The notes under the pieces are model-generated. The model did no database searches, was not told where the DNA came from, and saw nothing but the letters and a program-made list of their open reading frames with translations. From assembly GCF_006345805.1 (NCBI RefSeq), contig NC_043007.1:76818001-76882000 (forward strand): DNA of 64,000 bases, given 5' to 3'. This DNA is from Octopus sinensis (Eukaryota). Shown one piece after another: positions 27,041 through 39,620 of the stretch; the first letter of the stretch is position 1, and every line of letters begins with the position of its first letter. The position numbers and the translations under genes are program-made.

Positions 27041-27813
27041 AAATACAAGTAATTTAATCAAACATTGTGACTGTTTGTGCCACTCACCATCAAAGAAATG
27101 TGGCTTTGCTAATCAATGATGGTGTGATTAAAAAAAATTAATTAATCAACCTAGATATTGGCATATGACGGAAAGAAAGAAAATCTAAACATTTCTTTGA
27201 AATCACAACCAAATGCTAGGAAATGAGTGACAACTGTTTTTAATGCTTTCTATAGATTTGTAATGAAATTTGAATTCTTTGGATACAAATTGAAGTACTA
27301 TTGAGAGCCTTTCTCTCAATTTTTAATCCAGTTGCTAATTATATAGGTAATGTGTTGAGAAACTTGCTTTGTTTGTAACATTTCAATGTCACTCAGCTTT
27401 GTTCTTCAGAACATTAATTCTTTGAAAGTCTTTCCCATCTATATTTTGCCTTCAGACATTTCAAACTGAACATTAATGTCATCAGTCTCAGAGAGCTTGT
27501 GATTGTCATAGACACATCCCCTTCTTTTGGCTAAATCATTACTTAAAAATCAGCTGTTAAGTATTTTAGTTACATATAAAAGGTTTATGTTTTATCTGTA
27601 AATGAGGTGCATAGTTTTGCTTCTGAAAGGAAGCCTCATAAGAAGACACGTATTAAGCTGACTAACAACTATATAATCACCTCCTCATTTTACTTTTCTA
27701 TAACATAGAAGCAAATTATCTCTTTACACTAAAATTGGAATATATTTAACTAATCTAATTTGTACATCCAGTTTAAAACATTGTTTTAATTCTAGAATTT
27801 TTTTATTTTTCAG

Positions 27814-29796
27814 GGTGCCAATAATTGTCTGACATCCAGCATTTTGGAAGGCAATATTCAATCCAAACCAAATATAATGCAAATAAGTGGTGGGAAATCA
27901 TGTGTGACCAATGCCAAATCAGATCTTGTCCCAAAGTTAAACTCTGAAGAAATTTGTAATCATAATCGAAACCGTCAGTTTTCACCAAATGTCTTTAATA
28001 ATATTCAGTCTTTTATGGGCAATTCTATGAATGCCAGATCTTGTGAGAATATTTCTTCAGTTCAGCTTAACAAGAGAGATGGGAAGTTGCAAACACAAAG
28101 TAAAATAGGAAGCAGTTTAAACAAATCATCATTCAATCAATTTAAAGAGATTTTGGATGGATCTAATCAATTAGTGAAAGCTACAACAGAATTTAAGTCT
28201 GACCTAACAAAACAGAAAGCAGTAACTCATGACAACTCTGCTCAAATAAATGTAGTGCCAGTTTTGATTGAAAAATCAGCATCTGTTTTACTTAGCAAAA
28301 GAAGCAATGCAATAGATTTGTCAAGTGATATCTACAATCTATTTGATTATACTACAGAGATAAATCCACTTTATGCTGACAAGGAATCAAAATTGTTTCC
28401 ATTAGATAATTCTAGTAAAATTAAAACAATCTGTGGACAGACAAAGAACTTGAGAATTAAACGACAATCTAAAATGCGTTTGTTCATTAAGTCTAACAGA
28501 TTAAAAGTAAACAATAGAATATCTAAAATCCTTCATAAGAGAACTTCAGGTATTTCTTGTATGTTTGTTAGACGAAAGAAACCAACAATTATCAAAGATT
28601 CTTATCTAACACTAAAATCTAAAACAGTTTTAGGAGGTGTTGAAAATGGTTTGATAAACAACAAGAAACATTTTCCCTCAGCTTCACCTATTTTCAGTAA
28701 AAGCAAAATGTTTACTTGTCATAATAATGATACAACTACTATAAGAAGGTATGGTAGGGTAAAATATATTGAAGGTGGATTTTGTAACTGTGTACTTTCA
28801 AACAGTGAAGCTGGTTCAGGAACAGAGTTAGAAAACGATGAGAATTCTAATAATGAAAATAGTACTCCCCTTGGCAACACTGGGATCAAATTAGATCATA
28901 TTTCTCAGCCAGAAGAACAAGCACATGACAGAAGGACATTTCTGGATGATATTGAAGATGAAAATCATGAAGTCACACCAGTTATCCATGGACCAGTAAT
29001 CCGCTTAACAAAAACACATTTAACATCAGACGAAAAAAAAACTCTTCCAGATTTCCATAGAAGAGTTACTTATGGAACTAATATATCGATAAAGACTGGT
29101 GAACCTTTGTCTCCAGGAACAAATGTTACTTCTGCCTATATTTGGGAAAACAGCTCTATATCAAGGCCAGTCATTATGATGAAAAATACTGACTTTAATT
29201 ATAACTTACCCAATGTCTGTTCAGTTCTTTCAACACCAGACAGTATAAGTAAACCTCTACCTGATCTCACTACATTCCTTACTCAGAGACGCAATTCTGT
29301 TGATGTATGCACTGACTTATTAAGATTTGCACGTAAGAGATCAATGCCAAAAAAATGTTTTTCTGATGAAGTATTAAGTGTTTGGGAGACAGAACTGAAA
29401 AAGGGTATTTCTGAAGCTGCTGAAAATTATAAACATAGTGTTCTATTTAATAAGAAAAATCAAAAAGTTAGAATGGTGTCTCGGATTGTTGAGGTAGATA
29501 GCAACTCCTCTGAAACACCAGTTACAGCGAATGATGACAAAAATCATTCACAGCATACCAAAAGTATGGAACTAAATTCCTCAAACAAAACAAATATGAT
29601 TCTCCGTTTTAGCACAGAAGCTTGTTTAGACACTGTGCCGGAAGTTGATTACAATATAGAAAATAAGATAGGAACTAATGAAAAAGATAAACACACAAAT
29701 GAAAATAATTATGACTCTGCAAAGGAAGAAACATCATTAGATCTTCTAAGCATCCAAGCTGTTGCTGCATGCTCTTGCACATCTATGCCAACGATG
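27814..29796 (+). CDS. BTB-BACK protein, exon 4: 661-codon S/N/K-rich, probably disordered region
   Basis: TTTTTCAG acceptor, 1983 nt open frame, ATG|GTAAGA donor, phase 0-0. No domain recognised. Confidence 0.8.
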
Positions 29797-30202
29797 GTAA
29801 GACCCCATTATCATTATTGCCCTAAATTTCTTACTATCGCAATCATCCAGGACAAAATGCACTGAGCAACCATCATTGCTTCTAGGGAATAAATGAGAAA
29901 TTTTTTAACTCTGACAACACTCCCTAAAATATGCATCTTGCATGAAGACTCAGGCGTGACTGTGTGGTTGAGAAATGTGCTTTATGTTCATGGGTTCACT
30001 CTCACTGTGTGGAACCTTGGGCAAGTGTCTTCTACTATAGCCCCGGGCCGACCAAAGTCTTGTGAGTAGATTTAGTAGATGCAAATTAAAAGAAACCCTT
30101 GTCTAGACATCATATGAAGATTGTAAATGAGCATCATTGTCATACAAGCAAGGTTGCTCATTACCAGGCTTCCATGAAAAACGTCTGGCCATTAGAAAAT
30201 AT

Positions 30203-30618
30203 TACTTTACTCTTTTTTTTTTTACTTGTTTCAGTCATTTGACTGTGGCCATGCTGGAGCACCGCCTTTAGTCGAGCAAATCGACCCCAGGACTTATTCT
30301 TTGTAAACCTAGTACTTATTCTATCGGTCTCTTTTTGCCGAACCGCTAAGTTACGAGGACGTAGACACACCAGCATCGGTTGTCAAGCGATGTTGCGGGG
30401 GACAAACACAGACACACACACACACATACATATATATAGATATATACATATATACGACGGGCTTCTTTCAGTTTCTGTCTACCAAATCCACTCACAAGGA
30501 TTTGGTCGGCCCGAGGCTATAGTAGAAGATACTTGCCCAAGGTGCCACGCAGTGGGACTGAACCCAGGACCATGTGGTTCGTAAGCAAGCTACTGACCAC
30601 ACAGCCACTCCTACGCCT
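30203..30618 (-). mobile_element. Near full-length tRNA-derived SINE (second family, internal (TG)/(TA) tract)
   Basis: The minus strand begins GGCGTAGGAGTGGCTGTGTGGT...GGTTCAGTCCCACTGCGTGGCACCTTGGGCAAG. Partial copies at ~12225, ~29950, ~33327 and ~40215. Confidence 0.85.
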
Positions 30619-31264
30619 TTGCTCAGAAATAGAGAAAAAGGTGAGAATAGTTGACAGAAAGGGTATCCAGCCATAGAAAACCTTCCTCAACATATTCCAT
30701 CTGACCCATTCATGCATGGAAACGTGAGCATTAAATGATGAAGCTTTCTTGCTCAACCTTCTATATATTTCTAACCCTGCTATACATGTATTATTTTTTG
30801 CCAGCCATGCAATATACTGCCAACTCTATTAAACCTTGCTGTCTATACATTACGGTCACTACATGTGTTGTCATTGATTTCTTGCTATTCCTTTCCCATC
30901 ATCTCTGCTGGTCTCAAGTATCACCTCAGCCACTTTGATATTAACCCTTTTCTGATAATCTCTAATCTCATATATATGGGAGTATATGAGATTAGATAAA
31001 ACAATAATACAACCCAGTCTTTCTGTACAGGTTTTCAATATGATTTAGTTTCACATATGTAAACCAGATGTCCTTGTGCTTCTCTTTCTTTTATCAAAAG
31101 ATTTTTCACTGTGTACTTTGATGATCATCTCGCTGTCTGAAGAGCTTAATGACATCAAAATGACTGAAACATGTTTCTCAGAGATAACTTGTTTTGTGAA
31201 CAAGACCAAATCCCAACAACTGCTACCTTGCTTTATCTGTCTGTCTACCTCTCTTTCTCTCTCG

Positions 31265-31304
<40 letters not shown>

Positions 31305-32250
31305 GTCCATTTGTCTGCTTCTATTTGTGTTGTCTCTCCATTCTGATCTGGGTCTAATTAACCAGTCGAGCATCTATGTACACAAATACCTATATAAACT
31401 GACACCTATGTACAATAATATACTTTTTAACTTTCTTTTGCCTTCTCATCTACCTGTATAAAGTCACCTCTCCTGGGTTTGTAGTCTTACAAATTGCATG
31501 ATAGCCACACAAGTGCTTGGTGTCTTGTAAAAAGTATACACACTTTAAAGTGGTTGGTGTTACAAAGAGCATCCTGCTATAGAAACCATGTCAAAGCAGA
31601 GACTAGATCTTGATGCAGTTCTTCGGTCCATTGGATCATGCCAAACCCATGCCAGCATGAAACAGATGCTAAATGATGATGACGATTCATACTTATGTAC
31701 ACAAGCATGTTTCGGATCTCAGTGCAGTTGATAGATCTGCAAGAAAAACCATTAAATTTTCCACAAACCACTCTCTATTATCTTAAGGAAGAAAGGACAC
31801 ATTTCTGTAATCTTGGCACAGAGATGTTATGTCTTAAAGAATAAGACATAATGATAACTTGAATTTCTACAGCTTCTGAACCACATTATCTTCTCCATAT
31901 TTGGTCCTTCTTTTTTGCTACTACAATGGCCTATGTTCCTATCAACTAGATTGTTACAAAACAACTACATTCCGAAGAACCCAACATACCTATTTCTCTT
32001 TTCCTTGTACCCTTTATTGTATCATAATGCTTGGATCCTCTACTAACCACTATGCTCAATAAACATTTCTTCTCTTGAAAATCAACTCTTTGGAATCCTG
32101 TTCTAGCCCATGTTTTGCATGCATATGTCAACTTACAGATGTTCAAGCTGAACATAAACTGCATTGATTATGCGAGTCTGTAAGAGTTTAAGAACATTGA
32201 TGGAGCTTCATCTTCAAACTGACTGTGCCATGAAACACACATGCACACTT

Positions 32251-33119
32251 GGTGGTATCAAAAGGTTCCTGCTTATGTTTAATAAAAAATAACTAATTTA
32301 CCTAAGTTTTAACATCATCTCCTTTGAAATAATCACCTTGTGCAGTAATCCACCCATCCCTGCATTCCAGTCACTTTTGGAATCCAGTCTGGAACTTGTT
32401 TTCTGTAAGTGAGTTGAGGACCTTCTGTGATTCACTCTTGATCTTGACAATGGTGTTAAAATGGTGACCTTTGAGCTGCATTTTCATCTTGGGGAAGAGA
32501 TGAAAGTCTACAGGTGCTAAATCTGGTGAACAGGCCGGATGTGGAAGCAATACCATGTTGTTTTTGGTGAAAAACTCATGAGTGAGGAGAGCTTGGTGAA
32601 CAATCCAATTCTTTGCACTGCATGGATCTGGTTGCTTTCACTAAATGTCCTCCCCCAAATGCTACAAAATACCACAGCAGAACTCTCGATTGATGGCCTG
32701 GCCCTGTGGGTCAGTCAAATTCTCGATGCACAATACCACAATTCCAGGGATGACACTTATGGCAGTTCTTCCAGCTTGCTCATCATCAATGCCACTCAAA
32801 GCATTGTGTATAATCCATTGTCTCTTCACCGTAAGCTTGCCAAAACATGCTCAATGTCTTTGTAACAGACTTCCAAAGTTTAACGTAAGATTTCACATTG
32901 GCTCTTTGTTTCTGTCCATGACAAAATCGCAGACCATAGCATACACATCATCACAAAAACACAGATTTCACAACTTTTGAAGCAAACACAGTGATGTCAC
33001 TTGGCACACTGCCTCATGAAGGCTACTGCTAGCTCCCACTGTGCATGTAATCATGTGCTACATTCTGCTGGCACCACTACAGGTGTTATCAAAAAGTCTA
33101 GGAACTTTTTGATACCACC
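32251..33119 (-). mobile_element. Internally deleted Tc1/mariner transposon with TIRs
   Basis: TIRs GGTGGTATCAAAAGGTTCCT (32251-32270) and AGGAACTTTTTGATACCACC (33100-33119); transposase motif LPHPACSPDLAPVDFHLFPKMK. Confidence 0.85.
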
Positions 33120-33408
33120 TCATATACATGTATATGCCTACCATGTAGTTACACATTCTGGAATACATAAGCACACACTCACTTATGGATATACTTATTA
33201 CAAACCATACACATATATATACACAGTACATACAGACAAATACTTGTACATGCACACAAGTACTTGTGCACACAGATACACACATATGCAGACATGTGCA
33301 TGCATATGAGTATGTGTGTTCATGATACCTTGGGCAAGTGTCTTCTACTATATCCCTGTGCTAACCAAAACCTTGCGATTGGATTTGGTTGACAGAAATT
33401 GAAAGAAA

Positions 33409-33640
33409 TAAGGCGGCGAGCTGGCAGAAACGTTAGCACGCCGGGCGAAATGCTTAGCGTTATTTCGTCTGCAGCTACGTTCTGAGTTCAAATTCTGCTG
33501 AGGTCAACTTTGCCTTTCATCCTTTCAGGGTCGATTAAATAAGTTCTAGTTGCGCACTGGGGTCGATATAATTGACTTAATCCGTTTGTCTGTCCTTGTT
33601 TGTCCCCTGTGTTTAGCCCCTTGTGGGCAATAAAGAAATA
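33409..33640 (+). mobile_element. Intact young SINE with 15-bp TSD, nested in another SINE
   Basis: AGAAATTGAAAGAAA at 33394-33408 and at 33641-33655; tRNA-like head GGCGAGCTGGCAGAAACGTTAGC...GAGTTCAAATTC. Confidence 0.85.
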
Positions 33641-33912
33641 AGAAATTGAAAGAAACCAATTGTGTGTGTGTGTTTCCTTGTGTCTGTATCCCCCACCAGC
33701 ACTTGTCAATCAGTCTTTGTGTTCCAGTAACATAGTGGTTTGGCAAAAGAGACAGACTAAAAAGAATATCAGGCTTTAAAAAAGTACTGGGGTTGATCCC
33801 TTCAACTAAAATTCTTCAAGGTTGTGTCCCAGCATGGCTGCAGTTTAATGAATGAGACGAGTAAAAATATATACATATCTATATATGTGTGTGTGTATGT
33901 ATTTCATTTTAG

Positions 33913-34032
33913 GATTGGAATGACCACCCAGAGGAAACACCTTTTGGCTTCATACATGAGGAACCTATTTCAACATCTGCATTTAACATAGAGCCTAGAA
34001 AACCTCAAGAGATCTTTACAAAAGGGGAAAAA
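33913..34032 (+). CDS. Repeat-array exon R1, most diverged (DWNDHPEETPFGFIHEEPISTSAFNIEPRKPQEIFTKGEK)
   Basis: CATTTTAG|GAT acceptor as in R2 and R5, TCAACATCTGC core, GAAAAA|GTAGGC donor; 120 nt, phase 0-0, no stop. Confidence 0.6.
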
Positions 34033-34366
34033 GTAGGCTTATAATTTGATATATTGTTTCTGTAAAGACTGTTATTAAGTTATTAGAATATATATTATTT
34101 ATGTGGTTGTTACAGTTGTTGCTACTGCTATTGTTCTTGTTTAGAGACTGGTCAGCTGTGATTAAAAAGACCAGTGACCAAATACATTCCAACTGCCTTT
34201 TTATTTTGTTTTTCAGAGAAAATGTTATCTGGGATCACGTTACCATGGAGTAGGGAAGGGTTCTTTTATAATAGTAGAGTGTGTTTAGAGGGAGGGTTGT
34301 CTGCTATTTCTTGCAGGTAGCAGCTTCGTTGTTGGCTTGTACATTGCTTCTGTTGTTGATGAAGAA

Positions 34367-35222
34367 TCGTACGTGAAGTATTCCACCCACTTCACAGAAT
34401 TGATCAAGGATACTCCCATTGAACCCAACCAGATGGTGAGTCTAGATGTGATAAGCCTGTTCACTGAAGTTTCAACTGGTGAAGCACTAGAAAAACTAGT
34501 GACAGTCACCCATCTAAAAGAATGCACTAGTATACCAATAAGAAACTTGATGGAAATGTTGACCTTCTGTGTAGAAACTACCTACTTCAGTATGGAGGAG
34601 GGTTTAGCTATGGGTTCACCATTATCACCGGTAATAGCCAATACATACATGGAATACTTTGAGAATTTGGCTTTAGGATCAACACCACTAAAACCAACAC
34701 TATGACTACGATATGTTGACGACACCTTTGTACTCTGGCCCCACCAGTAAGATGCCCAAGTGCAGTTAGATCAGGTGAACTCAATAAAGCCATCCATACA
34801 GTTCACAGTGGAAAAGGAAAAAGACAATCAGCTGGCATTCCTGGATGTATTAACATGCACCAAGTATGGATTCAGGGCATCTGTATACTGCAGGCTGACC
34901 TTTACTGGACGATACCTCAACTTCAATTCCCACCAGCCATACATTGTAAAGAGAGGGATTGCTCAGTGCCTAAAACATCGTGCAAAGAATATAAGTAGCG
35001 ATCGTGATACACACCACGAAGAAATGATCAAGCTCAATAACGATCGAAAATAATAACATCGAAAAATGATAATAATAACATCGAAAAATACCTTAGGAAT
35101 GAGAACCCAGGTTTAAAATTTCCTCAAGACACCTGAAGAAGGCTGGAGGGTATATCAGCCGAAACGTGTTAACAACAAACAAGATGAGGACAAATATCCG
35201 TTGAATGTAAATAATGTAAATA
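34367..35222 (+). mobile_element. Penelope-like element RT fragment followed by pLTR-like tail with degenerate hammerhead motif
   Basis: MVSLDVISLFT, GLAMGSPLSPVIAN, RYVDDTF, IQFTVEKE..LAFLDV and YLNFNSH are PLE RT motifs. CTGAAGA-AGGCTG..CAGCC-GAAAC lies at 35133-35165. Confidence 0.85.
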
Positions 35223-35801
35223 GTCTTTGAAGACCTTCTGTACCTATATATAAATAACTTGGGAGAAATATAAATATTTTATTTGAAATTTTATCCTTAG
35301 CTGCAATATTTTAAGTAAAAGTTTTTTTGTTCTGTACTTTACCAGCTGTAATAACTTATCCTGAACTTTTCCAAGTGTAATAACTTGTTCTGTACTTTTC
35401 CTGGTTTATAATCTTAAGAATATTATTTCTCTTGCTAGCATTTTTCCATGTAATCCATGTTTTATCCAGGCTATGCTATTAGGCTAATTGATAATGTGTC
35501 AATAATTTAAGATTTTACCTTACTGAAAATTGAATAATAAATTTAAAGTGTGTGTTGTTGTTGTGTTGTTGTTGTTGTTGTGTGTGTGTGTGTGTGTGAG
35601 GGAGAGAGAAAGAGAGAGTGACAGTATACATTTTATTTATTTTTCCTCATCTTTTTTGAGTGTGTGTGTGTGTGATTGATTGAGAGAGAGAGAGTGATTG
35701 TATAAATTTTATTTGTTTACTTTTTCTTGCATCTTTTTTTAGTGTTTGACTGAGAGAGAGGTATGTTGTCAGAGAGAGAGAGAGAGAGATGTGTCTTGCT
35801 C

Positions 35802-35834
<33 letters not shown>

Positions 35835-36044
35835 AAGGTAGTGTGATAGTGTAAATTTTTTTATCTATTTAGTTTTTCTCATCTTTTTTAGTGGGTGTGT
35901 GTATGAGTTATTGACTGAGAGAGAGAGAGGGGTATTGTCATGTATGTGTAAAACGGCTAGGGTCAGTCACACACACATATACACACACAAACACATGTAC
36001 AGCCATTATCTGTCGTATATACGTACATCCATAATTACATGTAA

Positions 36045-36385
36045 TAATAAATAATAATAATAATTGTGTACAGTGCTCAGGTGCACTACAACTCATCTAA
36101 AGTGTATATATAATCAGGTGTAGTTTCGACGGATTTCGGGAAGCATGAGGGCCTTAAAGGATGCAGTGTCATGGCAGTCAACAACTGATGCAGGCAGTTT
36201 ATTCCATGCTTCAGCAACCCTGAGCGTGAAAAAATGTTTCCGAAAGTCATGGGAGCTGTGCTGTTTTCTGACTTTGTAGGCATGTCCACGTGTGTTAGAC
36301 ACATGGAGATCAAAAAGGTGTTCAGTGTTGTTGTTGGTGAGGTGGTTGATAACCTTGTGGGTGTTTACCAAGTCCGTCGCTAGAC
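36045..36385 (-). mobile_element. 3' end of CR1/L2-group LINE
   Basis: TRGHAYKVRK..FRKHFFTLRVAEAWNKLP..V...FK C-terminal signature and a (TAA)n tail. Confidence 0.8.
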
Positions 36386-37468
36386 ATACATGTTTTTTAT
36401 ATGTGTGCATGTGAGGGAGAGAGAAAAAGCCAGTCACTGAGTGAAGGTGTGTGTCCTCATGACAATTGTTTTTTTTGCATGTATGTATAAGTAGCTAAGT
36501 AAAATTTATGCTATCACTCTCTCTCTCTCTCTCCCTCTATCACACACACTCTGTCTCATGCCCCTCATCAACACAGACACACGTCCATGTCCATTTCCTC
36601 TCTCTTTCACTTTATGTCGACTTCAAACAAAATGTACATTTCCACTCACAAAAATAAATAAATAAAATTATTTTACAGAATTTACCGAACACTGTAAGGT
36701 AACAGCTGAGATGCAAGCGCATACCTTCGAGCTAAAATGAAAGATTGGCAAAATGGCTAGGCTATTGCCAAAATTTTTAAATAATATTTTAATTATTTTC
36801 ATTTTTATAATATAATTGCATTAATTAATACAGATGATGTAATTAAACTAATTGCAAATTAGTGGTATCATTGATAATTTTTTCCTTACTTCAATGATGT
36901 TGGTGACATATATTAAAAGTCCCTTATAAAACTATATTCATAAAAATGTATAGGACTATATCACCTTCAAATTTGAGAAACAAACACTTATAACTTTTTA
37001 CTTTTAAAACTTCATTGCATGAGATTGATACCATGAAATTTCTCGAACTGAGCTCTATCATTTAAACTTAATTAAAATATAGTTTGTTTTTAAAATAAAA
37101 AAAAGTTAATTATACTTAAATCCAATTTTTTGCCTTCCTATATATTTTTTCATGATATTTTACCTCACAACTATGAAATTTTTGTTGCATGGAATCAAAA
37201 CTACGAAAATTTGTTTTTAAAATAAAAAAACTTATTTAGATCTAAACTTACTATAATGTTTCTACAAATTTTGATGTAAACTTTTTTCTACTGGACCAAA
37301 TCTCAATTTTTTTTATGCCAAAATGTAGCTAGGGACCAGCCCTCTTCAAAAATGTTAACAGTTTTCAATTTGGCTTAGAACTGAATTAGTAACAAAGCTT
37401 TGAAGATACTGCATGTGAGTAAATTGCGGCCTTAAGAATATTGTTCAACTACAACTGTAGCTCAATGA

Positions 37469-37880
37469 TACAGGGTGTGGTGAATAAATTGTCGTCTAAA
37501 TTACACAAAAATGAAAATAACAGTGACATCTCATTTTAACAGATATATTCACCAAAATTGCATTAAAATATCTTGAAATGCTAAAGAGTAAATTTATTCA
37601 ATAAAACTGCCATTGGCCTCAACCACAGCTTCCTGACGACTTTTGAATCTCCTGCAACTCTTCTGGATGGTCTCCTTGTTTAAGTTTGTGAATGCTACCA
37701 TAATCCTTGCCTTCAGTTCATCTTTGGTGTTACAAGGAATTTTGTTGGTCTCCTGCTCAACTGCACCTCACACATAATAACCAAGGGGGTTGCAGTCTGG
37801 GGGAGTTAGGTGGTCAGATGTTAGGGGTGATGTGGTCGCAGAAATTGTCTGACAGCTATGACTGGGTCCTCCAGTCAGTG
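37469..37880 (-). mobile_element. Tc1/mariner-superfamily transposase remnant
   Basis: Starts TACAGGGTG (a TA-flanked terminus). The minus strand encodes a degenerate WPPNSPDCNPL motif at ~37780-37822. Confidence 0.65.
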
Positions 37881-37996
37881 GGTGCTTTATTGATATCTGC
37901 CAGAATTTTTTAATCCCTTTTTTTCCTTCTAACTATATTATATATATATATACATATATATGTATATGTACATATATATATATATATATACACACA

Positions 37997-38027
<31 letters not shown>

Positions 38028-38793
38028 CGCCTGGCCCCCGTGCCGGTGACACGTAAAAGCATATCCGTTCGTGGCCGTTTGCCAGCTCTGTCTGGCACCT
38101 GTGCGGGTGGCACGTAAAAAGCACCCACTACACTCACGGAGTGGTTGGCGTTAGGAAGGGCATCCAGCCGTAGAAACACTGCCAGATCTGACTGGGCCTG
38201 ATGAAGCCTTCCAGCTTCACAGACCCCAGTTGAACCGTCCAACCCATGCTAGCATGGAAAACGGACGCTAAATGATGATGATGATGATGATATTTTATAT
38301 ATATATATATATATATGTATATAATTGAACTATCCGCTGGTAAAAATGAGTAGTACCTGTATTTCAAAGGGCCAGCCATGTCACATTTTGTGTCACACTG
38401 AATCTCTCTGAAAACTATGTTAAGGATTCGTGTGACTATAGAATGCTCCCCCACTTGCACATTAATTTTATGAGCAGGCTGTTCCATTGATCGGATCAAC
38501 TAGAACCCTTCTCATTTTAATGGATGGAGTGCTGATTAATTGAACCATCTTGTATAGCATTCTGTGTACTGTCATACAATTTTTCTTTTATGTGAGTTAA
38601 GCAAAAACAATTGCACACTATATAAACTTGCCCGATTATTGTACCATTGGAGCATGAAATTTATAGTAGCGCTAAATCCTGTGTTTGTTAAATAATATTT
38701 ATCTTTCATTGGATGGAGTACTTTTTTTGTTGATCCTACCATTAATGGAACAGTGCACTTTATGTATATATATATATATGCTCTTCATTTTAG

Positions 38794-38937
38794 GATACTA
38801 TTAAATGTGTAGTCTTAGCTAGTGACATCAAAACATGCAATGAATGCAAAGATATTGAACCTACTTCAGCATCTGCTCCACCTAGAAAAACTACTGAGAC
38901 CCAGGATTTCAATATGGATCTGGCTGAACAAGAAAAA
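38794..38937 (+). CDS. Repeat-array exon R2 (DTIKCVVLASDIKTCNECKDIEPTSASAPPRKTTETQDFNMDLAEQEK)
   Basis: TTTTAG|GAT, AAA|GTAAGT, 144 nt, phase 0-0, CxxC retained. Confidence 0.8.
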
Positions 38938-39034
38938 GTAAGTTTATATTCTGATATAATTTATGTCCTTAATGCATTTATTATGTTATTGAGACTTTTA
39001 TTCTTTTATTTGTTTCACCTAAATTTGTTTCAGC

Positions 39035-39620
39035 CTAAATCAGTAAGGGACCTGGGTATCGGCATGAGTGATGATACCTCTTTCCAAGTGCACATTACCA
39101 GGATGGCCACAAAGTGCAGACAACTGGCTGGATGGATCCTGGGAACGTTCAGGGCCAGAGAGAAAGAAACCATGATGGTCCTCAGCCACCTGGATTACTG
39201 CTCCCAGCTATGGTCACCTAACAGTGTAAAATTAACAGTGGCCTTGAAGCAATCCAGCAAAGCTTCACAAAGGAGATCGTCTCGTTGCAATAGCTCAGCT
39301 ACTGGGATAGGCTGAAACAGCTAAGATCTGGAAGATCCTGGAAGGAATTGAGCCAAATTTTGCATTAAAAGCTACACCAATGCCAGAATGGCTCGACACT
39401 GCACAGTGCTAAAGATCCCAGCAATGCCATCATGCTTCAGGATGGGTTTCAGGGGCCCATAGCTTTTTAATATTCTTCCAAAGAGCTTGAGGAACCTACA
39501 CAAAGTGAATGTTTTCAAATCAAAACTGGACCTCTTCCTGCCGAGGGTCCCAGATGAACCTACCTTGCAGCAAAAGGAGTAAATGAGAGTAGCGACATCA
39601 AGCACTTTTATTCACCAAAT
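39035..39620 (+). mobile_element. Decayed CR1/L2/Jockey-group LINE RT 3' fragment
   Basis: VRDLGI, SHLDYCSQLWSP and FKSKLDLFL motifs. Confidence 0.7.

Noticed and set aside
27844-29865. 673-aa ORF as a stand-alone intronless gene
   Set aside because: It starts at TTG, and the frame is open back to a strong acceptor at 27813 whose phase matches exon 3. It is better explained as an internal or composite exon.
31135-31180. CTGAAGA...GAAAC hammerhead-like core (and a similar arrangement on the minus strand at ~45265-45310)
   Set aside because: I could not build convincing stems II and I by eye; at best these are decayed remnants.
33409-33500. tRNA gene
   Set aside because: The A/B-box-like head continues into a SINE body with a TSD, and there is no complete cloverleaf. 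The same applies to the other SINE heads.
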